Below are positions 25,905-33,344 of a stretch of DNA of 33,344 nt, piece by piece. A program made the position numbers and the translations under genes. The notes below the pieces were generated by a model. That model was not told the origin of the DNA and did no database searches. It saw nothing but the letters and a program-made list of their open reading frames with translations. The stretch comes from an uncultured Gudongella sp. (GTDB taxonomy: Bacteria > Bacillota > Clostridia > Tissierellales > Tissierellaceae): contig CAYMHD010000002.1 in the NCBI GenBank assembly GCA_964390135.1, forward strand, positions 1-33,344, in the 5' to 3' direction. Each line of letters begins with the position of its first letter. The first letter of the stretch is position 1.

Positions 25905-26615
25905 ATGGAAAGACCCCGTATTTTGGTCGTGGATGACGACAGGGAAATAGCAGCAGCCATTGAAAAGCTTCTCCTATTGGAGGATTTTCTTGTGCTTAAG
26001 GCCTATGATGGCATGGAGGCCATGAATCTGCTCATGGGTGAAGAAATTCACCTTATCATCATGGATGTCATGATGCCAAGGCTGGATGGCCTTTCAGCCA
26101 CGATGAAAATCAGAGAAGAGAGGAACATCCCAATCATTATCCTCTCAGCCAAGTCCCAGGACAGCGACAAGATTCTTGGACTGTCCATGGGAGCTGACGA
26201 CTATATCACCAAGCCCTTCAACCCCCAGGAGCTGGTTGCCCGGGTCAGGAGTCAGTTGAGAAGGTACATGTACCTTGGGGATATGGGAAACGCAAGACAG
26301 GAATCGGGAATTAGGGTAGGCAGCCTATATCTTGACGAGGACTCAAGGGAGCTCCTGGTGGATGGTGAAAATGTACGTCTCACACCCACGGAATATGGGA
26401 TCATACAGTTTCTAATGAGGAATCCTGGAGTTGTTTTCTCAGCTGAGCAGATCTATGAGAAGGTTTGGAAGGAAGAGGCTTATTCAGTGGAGAACACTGT
26501 AATGGTACATATCAGAAGGATACGGGAAAAAATCGAAATCAATCCAAAAGAACCTAAATATCTAAAGGTGGTGTGGGGAATTGGATACAAGATTGAAAAG
26601 CTTCAGCAGAAGTAA
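25905..26615 (+). CDS. OmpR/PhoB family response regulator
   Basis: ILVVDDD, DVMMP, GADDYITKPF, TVMVHIRRIREKIE, VWGIGY. Confidence 0.95.
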   Translation: MERPRILVVDDDREIAAAIEKLLLLEDFLVLKAYDGMEAMNLLMGEEIHLIIMDVMMPRLDGLSATMKIREERNIPIIILSAKSQDSDKILGLSMGADDYITKPFNPQELVARVRSQLRRYMYLGDMGNARQESGIRVGSLYLDEDSRELLVDGENVRLTPTEYGIIQFLMRNPGVVFSAEQIYEKVWKEEAYSVENTVMVHIRRIREKIEINPKEPKYLKVVWGIGYKIEKLQQK

Positions 26616-28404
26616 TTGGACAAAGCTGGCATCCTTTTTACTTATTGTGGCAATGGTGGCCGGCATGTCTGGAATATTTGTTTATTGGTATTTTTCAGGG
26701 ATAAATCCTGAGGTCCTACTAACAGAGGACTACAAGGAAAGCGAGGCATACGGAAGCGATCTTAGGTCTATTGCATATGAGGTGGCTAGAATACTGGAGG
26801 GTGAGCAGGAGACGGTTCCTGGCGGTATTAGTTTTTATGGCAAGAATGAAGAGAATACACTGTCCTGGCCTTCCAATCTAACTGAGAAACATTTCATTGA
26901 AGGGGATGGAGAGTATTTCTATCTGGAGGAAGGCAGATTCAAGAACTCTGAAACAGGTGAAACCATATTTCCATACGGTTCAGAGGCATCATATGAAAAG
27001 GCCTACTTCTCCTTTGATGATGGCTATATGCAGTTAAAGCAAAAAGAATGGACATCAGACAGGGAAGTAATGATTCCCCTTACGGTATGGCTTGTGATTA
27101 TTCTCCTTGGTCTTGTGGCACTTCTGGTGTATCAGTTTATTGTAACAGGTAAGAAGGCTGGGGATGAAGAGATTCACACTGCACCTGTTGACAGGATATA
27201 CCTTGAGCTCCTTATTGCAGGTCTTGTTCTTCTGGGACTCCTATGGTTCAGTGGCTTGTCCAGCCTCTTGTATTCAGGTGACATCGGCTTCAATGGAAAC
27301 GGAGGCATGTCCTCAAGACAGACCTTTGGCATATATATGGCAGCAGCTCTAACTTCATTTGTAACTGTAGGCGTTGGAGTGACTTTACTGTCAGTTGCCC
27401 GAAGGATCAAGGCAAAGAAAGTCATAGAGAGCAGCTTTATCTTTGGTGGGCTGAGAAGGGGACTTCAAAAGGGCAGAAGCTTTATGGACGGCAGCAGGTT
27501 TGACAAATCATCTCTGACAAGGGTTCTTCATCAGAGGCAGGTTTATTTTGTTGCAGGAAGCCTTCTACTTGTCCTGCTGACATTCTTGCTGCTGGTAGTC
27601 GCAACTCCCTTGGCAATCATCCCGCCGATTATGGAGGGATTACTGATTTACTGGTACTTCAAGTACAACAGGGAAACCTTTGACGAAATAGAAAAGGGCT
27701 TCAATGAGAGCCTTGAAGAGCAGATGAAGTCAGAGCGGATGAAGATAAACCTTGTGACAAATGTATCCCACGACCTGAAGACTCCCCTGACATCAATAAT
27801 CAGCTACGTGGACCTTCTTTCAAGGGAGGAGGACATGTCCCCCGTAGCGAGGGACTATGTCAGGATCCTATCGGAAAAATCCGAAAGGCTTAAAAACATA
27901 GTGTCTGACCTGTTTGACCTAGCAAGGAGCACCAGTGGTGACATTGACACAGACTTCGAGGACCTTGACCTGAAAAAGCTTGTGGAGCAGACCCTTATTG
28001 ATATGGAGGACAGCATAGAGGCCTCGGAATTTCAGATAAGGACGGATCTTCCAGAGAAGCCTGTTAATATACACTCCGACGGCAAGAAGCTTTACAGGGT
28101 TATCCAGAACCTTATTGACAATGCCTTGAAGTATTCCCTGAAGGGGACAAGGATATATGTTGATCTGGAGGAGGAAAAAGGTAAGGCAGTCCTTGGAATC
28201 AAGAATACTGCAGGTTATGAGATGAACTTCTCCAAGGATGAGATTCTTCAGAGGTTCTTCCGTGGAGATCAGGCTAGAAGCGGGGATGGAAGTGGATTGG
28301 GACTCTCCATTGCTGAAAGCTTCACCAGGGTATCTGGCGGGGACTTCGACTTGCAGGTTGACGGAGACCAGTTCAAGGTCCTTGTAACATTCCCTCTTGA
28401 TTAA
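26581..28404 (+). CDS. Membrane sensor histidine kinase
   Basis: Multiple TMs, H-box NVSHDLKTPLTSI, N-box NLIDNALKYS, G-box GSGLGLSIA. Confidence 0.93.
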   Translation: MDTRLKSFSRSNWTKLASFLLIVAMVAGMSGIFVYWYFSGINPEVLLTEDYKESEAYGSDLRSIAYEVARILEGEQETVPGGISFYGKNEENTLSWPSNLTEKHFIEGDGEYFYLEEGRFKNSETGETIFPYGSEASYEKAYFSFDDGYMQLKQKEWTSDREVMIPLTVWLVIILLGLVALLVYQFIVTGKKAGDEEIHTAPVDRIYLELLIAGLVLLGLLWFSGLSSLLYSGDIGFNGNGGMSSRQTFGIYMAAALTSFVTVGVGVTLLSVARRIKAKKVIESSFIFGGLRRGLQKGRSFMDGSRFDKSSLTRVLHQRQVYFVAGSLLLVLLTFLLLVVATPLAIIPPIMEGLLIYWYFKYNRETFDEIEKGFNESLEEQMKSERMKINLVTNVSHDLKTPLTSIISYVDLLSREEDMSPVARDYVRILSEKSERLKNIVSDLFDLARSTSGDIDTDFEDLDLKKLVEQTLIDMEDSIEASEFQIRTDLPEKPVNIHSDGKKLYRVIQNLIDNALKYSLKGTRIYVDLEEEKGKAVLGIKNTAGYEMNFSKDEILQRFFRGDQARSGDGSGLGLSIAESFTRVSGGDFDLQVDGDQFKVLVTFPLD

Positions 28405-28417
28405 TAACAATTAATAT

Positions 28418-28448
28418 GACCCCTGAGGTGAAAATCACCGCAGGGGTC
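28418..28448. terminator. Hairpin between convergent HK and ychF genes
   Basis: GACCCCTGAGGTG-AAAAT-CACCGCAGGGGTC (one mismatch); weak T tails. Confidence 0.55.
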
Positions 28449-28467
28449 TCCTTGAATTTTAATTTAA

Positions 28468-29562
28468 TTATACGTTGAATCTGAAGTGGACAACATCCCC
28501 ATCCTTCATGATGTAATCCTTGCCCTCAATTCTCACAAGTCCCTTTTCCCTTGCAGAAGCCATGCTTCCACCATGTGCCATCAGGTCATCATAGTGGATC
28601 ACCTCAGCCCTTATAAAGCCCCTTTCAATGTCGGAGTGTATCTTGCCAGCAGCCTGGGGTGCTGGTGTGCCCCTCTTTATGGTCCATGCCCTGGACTCAG
28701 GCTCACCTGCTGTAAGGAAGCTTATGAGACCAAGAAGTCTGTAGCTTGCCTGAACCAGCTTGTCCAGTCCTGATTCGGAAAGTCCAAGGTCAGCAAGAAA
28801 CTCTTTTCTTTCCTCTTCGTCAAGCTGTGAAATTTCCTCCTCGATTTCAGCGCTTACAACAACAACCTCTGCACCTTCAGTGGCGGCAAACTCCCTTACC
28901 TGATTGACATAAGGGTTTTCATCCTCTGAGCCCACATCTGACTCTGAGATGTTTGCAATGTATATGATCGGCTTTGAGCTCAGCATATTGAAGGACCTCA
29001 GTATTGCTGCCTCGTCATCTGTCAGATCCAGTGTCCTGAGTGACTTGCCCTCTTCCAGTACCTGGAGGGCCTTTTTAATCACTTCAACCTCAAGCCTCAT
29101 GGACTTGTCATTCTTTGCCAGCTTCTGTGCCTTTTCAAGACGTCTTTCCAAAAGCTCCAAGTCTGACAGCATAAGCTCCAGGTTGATTGTCTCAATATCC
29201 CTTAGGGGGTCGATTCCACCGGATACATGGACAACATCCTCGTTCTGGAAGCACCTGACAACATGGACTATCGCTTCAACCTCCCGGATATGTGACAGAA
29301 ACTTGTTTCCAAGTCCCTCTCCCTTACTTGCCCCTGCAACAAGTCCTGCTATGTCGTAGAACTCTATTGCTGTTGGGACTATCTTCTTTGAGTTGTAGAT
29401 TTCCGCAAGCTTGTAGATCCTTTCATCTGGAACCGCAACAACTCCTACGTTTGGCTCAATTGTACAGAAGGGGTAGTTAGCTGATTCCGCTCCTGCATGT
29501 GTTATTGCATTAAACAATGTACTTTTTCCTACATTAGGTAGGCCTACTATTCCTAGCTTCAT
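28468..29562 (-). CDS. ychF: Redox-regulated ATPase YchF
   Basis: GIVGLPNVGKST, ANYPFCTIEPN, DIAGLV.GASKGEGLGN.FL, C-terminal TGS ending FRFNV. Confidence 0.97.
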   Translation of the reverse strand: MKLGIVGLPNVGKSTLFNAITHAGAESANYPFCTIEPNVGVVAVPDERIYKLAEIYNSKKIVPTAIEFYDIAGLVAGASKGEGLGNKFLSHIREVEAIVHVVRCFQNEDVVHVSGGIDPLRDIETINLELMLSDLELLERRLEKAQKLAKNDKSMRLEVEVIKKALQVLEEGKSLRTLDLTDDEAAILRSFNMLSSKPIIYIANISESDVGSEDENPYVNQVREFAATEGAEVVVVSAEIEEEISQLDEEERKEFLADLGLSESGLDKLVQASYRLLGLISFLTAGEPESRAWTIKRGTPAPQAAGKIHSDIERGFIRAEVIHYDDLMAHGGSMASAREKGLVRIEGKDYIMKDGDVVHFRFNV

Positions 29563-29615
29563 ATTGATTTCCTTTCCATATATAAATTATTTTCATAGTC
29601 TATCCACGAGTTAGA

Positions 29616-29644
29616 ATTATACCCTAAATAGTCTCTGATTGCAA
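29616..29644 (-). promoter_or_regulatory. SigA-type promoter of ychF
   Basis: Minus strand TTGCAA-N17-TATAAT. Confidence 0.65.
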
Positions 29645-29802
29645 CGAAGTATTGCTTCTAGGAAGATTATATCACATAGGGACTTATGTGTAGGGAGGTT
29701 TTTCAGATATTCAATATCCTTGTATAAAATCGGTATTTATTGTAAACTGGTAATATTAGTTAGATACACAAAGTAATTGTAATATAGATGGAGTGGATCA
29801 AG

Positions 29803-30672
29803 ATGAGTGAAAAAATTGCTGACATAGCTGGAGAAGGCTGTGAAATACTGGTTCCTTTCAATGAAAGGAAACCTCTTGAGGATATCGAGCGAAGTATAAT
29901 CAAGACCTATAGAAAGCACATTTGGACAAAGTTCATTAAAGCAATAAAGGAATATGAGCTGATTCAGGATGGGGACAAGATAGCTGTTGCAATATCTGGT
30001 GGAAAGGATAGCCTCTTGATGGCCAAGCTTTTTCAGGAGCTGTACAAATATGGAACCCAGAATTTTGAGCTGGAGTTCATCGCAATGGATCCAGGCTACC
30101 ATCCCGATATCAGGGAGCTGCTGGAGGACAACTGCAGGTATTTGGATATACCTGTACACATTTACGAAGCCAATGTATTTGAGGTCGCAGACAAGATTGC
30201 CCAGGACTACCCCTGCTACATGTGTGCAAGAATGAGAAGGGGAGCACTTTATGGAAAGGCACAGGAGCTTGGCTGCAACAAGCTTGCCCTTGGACATCAT
30301 TACAATGATGTTATCGAGACCACAATGCTCAATGTCCTTTGTGCGGGCAATTTCAAGACCATGATGCCAAAATTGAAGGCACAGAATTTTGAGGACATGG
30401 AGCTGATCAGGCCAATGTACCTGATTGAGGAAAAATACATTGAGCGTTTTATCCAGAACGCTGGAATATGGCCGCTTAACTGCGCCTGTATGGTGGCAGC
30501 CAAAAAGATTGGAAACAAGAGGACTGAAATCAAGGATCTGATTGAAAAGCTTAAGGATGATTTCCAGAATGTTGACAGCTCAATATTCAGGGCTGCACAA
30601 AATGTCAATATGGAAGGTATTCTAGGATGGGAAAAGGATGGAGAGAAGCATTCCTTCCTGGATGAATATTAG
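29803..30672 (+). CDS. TtcA-family PP-loop ATPase (tRNA 2-thiolation-like)
   Basis: SGGKDS PP-loop, PCYMCARMRRG, ALGHH.ND, LIRPM, NCAC. Start probably ATG 29803. Confidence 0.85.
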   Translation: MSEKIADIAGEGCEILVPFNERKPLEDIERSIIKTYRKHIWTKFIKAIKEYELIQDGDKIAVAISGGKDSLLMAKLFQELYKYGTQNFELEFIAMDPGYHPDIRELLEDNCRYLDIPVHIYEANVFEVADKIAQDYPCYMCARMRRGALYGKAQELGCNKLALGHHYNDVIETTMLNVLCAGNFKTMMPKLKAQNFEDMELIRPMYLIEEKYIERFIQNAGIWPLNCACMVAAKKIGNKRTEIKDLIEKLKDDFQNVDSSIFRAAQNVNMEGILGWEKDGEKHSFLDEY

Positions 30673-30683
30673 GGAGTGATAAA

Positions 30684-31331
30684 ATGGTATATACACCACA
30701 AAGACTTTTCAAGGTTGTGGCAGGTCTTTTCTTATTCGCTGTAGGAATTGTGCTGACCATAAATGCAAGCCTGGGAGTATCTCCATGGGATGTATTTCAT
30801 CAGGGAGTATCAAGAACAGTAGGCATAACAATTGGTCAGGCCCACATAATAATGGGATTTCTGATAATCCTTCTTGATATATATCTGGGACAGGCAATAG
30901 GATGGGCAACAATCATGAACATGCTGCTTATAGGTACCTTTATAGATATTATTATGCTGAACAATCTGATCCCATTGTCTCAAACCCCTTTAATCGGTCT
31001 TTTTATGATAATTGCAGGTATTGCAGTACAAGGACTAGGATTTTCTGTCTACATTTCCCAGGGAATAGGTGCAGGACCAAGGGATGGATTGATGGTTGTC
31101 CTTACTAAAAGAACCGGGAAATCAGTCCGGCTCATCAAGAGCTTGATTGAAGCAACTGCTGTAACAATAGGAATTATACTTGGGGGCAGCTTTGGAATAG
31201 GGACGATCATAATGGCTTTTTTCGGAGGGATCATTTTCCAGGCAACCTTCAAATTGATCAGGTTCAGGGTGGAAAAGGTTGAGCACAGGTTTATTCAGGA
31301 TGATTTAAAGGCTCTGAAGGATAGGGTATAG
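30684..31331 (+). CDS. YczE/YyaS/YitT family membrane protein
   Basis: LGVSPWDVFHQG, GAGPRDGLM, GG.FGIGTI. Confidence 0.88.
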   Translation: MVYTPQRLFKVVAGLFLFAVGIVLTINASLGVSPWDVFHQGVSRTVGITIGQAHIIMGFLIILLDIYLGQAIGWATIMNMLLIGTFIDIIMLNNLIPLSQTPLIGLFMIIAGIAVQGLGFSVYISQGIGAGPRDGLMVVLTKRTGKSVRLIKSLIEATAVTIGIILGGSFGIGTIIMAFFGGIIFQATFKLIRFRVEKVEHRFIQDDLKALKDRV

Positions 31332-31361
31332 AAAATGGATGGCAGGGATGCCATCCATTTT
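31332..31361. terminator. Bidirectional intrinsic terminator
   Basis: AAAATGGATGGCA-GGGA-TGCCATCCATTTT between convergent genes. Confidence 0.88.
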
Positions 31362-32046
31362 ATTTGATGTCAAATATCTGATTTCTCTTATGAATGCCAT
31401 GTATATGTGTATTGTTTACCATGGGAATGTTGATAAATTCATTTATTATCTCAAAGTTATCCCCAAAGTGAAGGGGAAAGAAATGCTTTGGCTTGATATT
31501 GTCAATGAAGTACTTGCCTCCCATTGAATAATGATTCCCAAGTCTTGGGTCAACGGGGAAAAAAGCAAGGTCAATTTGCTTATCCCTGATCCTGTCAATC
31601 TCTCTTTTGAAATCCCTTTCCATAAGTGCCTTCTCCTCCGAGGAATCCTCTTCCCAGTGCCACCAGTGAAGATCACCTGCAAAGAAGATGCTTACACCAT
31701 CAACCTTCACAAGGAAAGAGACCCCCTGGTCTGTTGAGCCAAAGGTTTCGACGGAAAAATCCGTGAAATCCAACCTCTCATAGGGACCCATAAGTCGTAT
31801 CCTACCATTTGATGGCACCATTATATCATCGCTTAGGATATAGGTGATATCATCGCTTGCCAAGGTCCATTTGAAGATGTCCTCGTTGAAATGGTCGGGG
31901 TGTGAATGACTTACAAATACAATTACGGGCTTGTCGGGAAGCTCAATATCCCCCTTGAAATAGTCAAAGACCATAAAGTAATTTTCGGTTTCAATTGCAT
32001 AACCGCTATGATATATATATTCCACTTTTATTCTCTTCTTGCTCAT
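31360..32046 (-). CDS. MBL-fold metallo-hydrolase
   Basis: HSG, SHSHPDH (HxHxDH), FAGDLHWWHW, PVDPRL, PLHF. Confidence 0.88.
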   Translation of the reverse strand: MSKKRIKVEYIYHSGYAIETENYFMVFDYFKGDIELPDKPVIVFVSHSHPDHFNEDIFKWTLASDDITYILSDDIMVPSNGRIRLMGPYERLDFTDFSVETFGSTDQGVSFLVKVDGVSIFFAGDLHWWHWEEDSSEEKALMERDFKREIDRIRDKQIDLAFFPVDPRLGNHYSMGGKYFIDNIKPKHFFPLHFGDNFEIINEFINIPMVNNTHIHGIHKRNQIFDIK

Positions 32047-32107
32047 CCCAAAACCTCCTTTAGAGTATACTCATACTCTACCCATTTTTACCTTTTTTCC
32101 ACCTGAT

Positions 32108-32140
32108 TTTCATATTCCTTTCACATTGGACTTGTAGAAT
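32108..32140 (+). promoter_or_regulatory. OmpR-family (CssR/HssR-like) direct repeat and -10 upstream of htrA
   Basis: TTTCATATT-CC-TTTCACATT (11-bp period), then TAGAAT at 32135-32140. Confidence 0.5.
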
Positions 32141-32172
32141 CTAATTAGTAAACAAGGAAAGGAGATTTGAAA

Positions 32173-33344
32173 ATGGATAGCAACAATAATATAGACCAAA
32201 ACATTAATATTGACCAGGATGCTGAGAGTTATCAAGAGGTAGATAATCATGGGAACAATCAGAACTTCCAGAATGGGAAGGAAAAAAGGAAACGAAATTG
32301 GGCCTCGCTGGTTGCTGTGGTTCTTCTTATATCATTTGTGGGAGGCTTTGCTGGCACATACCTTGGAAACAGCTACTTCTCAAATCAGGAAAGCCCCAAT
32401 GCCTATGTTCAGGACCCCGTAACAATCAATCCAAATGACACCATAACGGCTGTTTCGGCCGTTGCCAAAAAGAGCATGAGTTCAGTTGTGGGTATTACAA
32501 CGGTTGAAACCCAGGATTTCTGGTTTTCACAGCAGGATGTCAGTGGGGTAGGCTCTGGGGTAATCGTCCATGAGGATGGATATATTCTGACCAACTCCCA
32601 TGTGGTTGCAGACGGAGAGGCAAAGGAAATAACCGTAAAATTTGAGGACGGAGAAATAACCGAAGGAGATGTTCTCTGGAATGACCCCTTCCTTGACCTT
32701 GCTGTGGTCAAGGTTGAGCGGAGCAAGCTTCCTGTGGCAATATTGGGAGATTCGGACAGTCTGGTGGTTGGGGAGCTGGCAGTGGCAATAGGAAACCCCC
32801 TGGGGCTTGAATTTGAAAGGACCGTTACCAGTGGAGTGATCTCAGGACTCAACAGAGCTGTAAGGGTTGATAGGAGCAATATAATTGAGGATCTTATCCA
32901 GACTGATGCATCAATCAATCCTGGAAACAGTGGAGGTCCCCTTTTGAACGGAAACGGAGAGGTAATCGGAATAAACACTGCAAAGATGCAGACCGCCGAG
33001 GGTTTGGGCTTTGCCATTCCAATTAACCTTACAAAGCCAATCATTGAGGATATCATCCAAACTGGGACCCATCAGACGGTGCTTCTTGGAATAACCGGTG
33101 TTTCATTGGAGGAGTACGAGGCAAGACTGGGAATTGACCTGGAGCCTGAAGGCGGAGTTGTGGTAATTGAGGTGCAGCCTGCATCCACAGCGCAGGAAGC
33201 AGGAATACTTCCTGGTGATGTGATTACAAGAATAGCTGATAGGGATATATCAAATATGGGTCAGCTGAGAAGAGCCTTGTACAAATATGACTCTGGAGAT
33301 GAAGTTGAGCTTAGAATCATAAGAAACGGAGAGGAACAAACCCT
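32173..33344 (+). CDS. htrA: HtrA/DegP-family serine protease with PDZ domain (3' partial)
   Basis: RBS AAGGAG, ATG 32173, TM anchor, GSGVI, TNSHVV, DLAVVK, IQTDASINPGNSGGPL, PDZ (AGILPGDVI). Absent from the ORF track because it has no stop in the window. Confidence 0.95.
   Translation, partial: MDSNNNIDQNINIDQDAESYQEVDNHGNNQNFQNGKEKRKRNWASLVAVVLLISFVGGFAGTYLGNSYFSNQESPNAYVQDPVTINPNDTITAVSAVAKKSMSSVVGITTVETQDFWFSQQDVSGVGSGVIVHEDGYILTNSHVVADGEAKEITVKFEDGEITEGDVLWNDPFLDLAVVKVERSKLPVAILGDSDSLVVGELAVAIGNPLGLEFERTVTSGVISGLNRAVRVDRSNIIEDLIQTDASINPGNSGGPLLNGNGEVIGINTAKMQTAEGLGFAIPINLTKPIIEDIIQTGTHQTVLLGITGVSLEEYEARLGIDLEPEGGVVVIEVQPASTAQEAGILPGDVITRIADRDISNMGQLRRALYKYDSGDEVELRIIRNGEEQT

Noticed and set aside
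32409-33056. 215-aa minus-strand ORF
   Set aside because: Antisense shadow of htrA, which has all catalytic motifs on the plus strand.

Overview
Gene-dense chromosomal window from a low/moderate-GC anaerobic Firmicute (Clostridia/Tissierellia-like; taxonomy inferred from gene content and Shine-Dalgarno/promoter style). Order: a frameshifted DUF4932-like HExxH lipoprotein gene (minus strand, runs off the left edge); a divergent oppBCDF-like ABC operon with no oppA, in which both permeases are fused to large extracytoplasmic M28-peptidase-like domains that have lost their zinc ligands; a REP-associated tyrosine transposase (RAYT) flanked by inverted 31-bp REPs, with a third solo REP 5 kb away; several GNAT acetyltransferases; a DUF5050 membrane protein; OsmC; acyl-CoA thioesterase; EcsC; EFR1 ferrodoxin; an amino-acid symporter; YjbQ; a selenocysteine BCP peroxiredoxin with a SECIS-like hairpin, missed by the ORF track; a radical SAM protein; an encapsulated ferritin plus family 1 encapsulin with an in-frame TAG at a conserved Tyr; a K+ channel; MATE; CcdA-TlpA; a DMT transporter; an OmpR/HK pair; ychF; a TtcA-like protein; YczE; an MBL hydrolase; and a partial htrA. 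The best candidate for an undescribed system is the peptide-type ABC transporter that may use two dead peptidase domains as built-in receptors. All family calls come from recognising motifs by eye; no searches were run.
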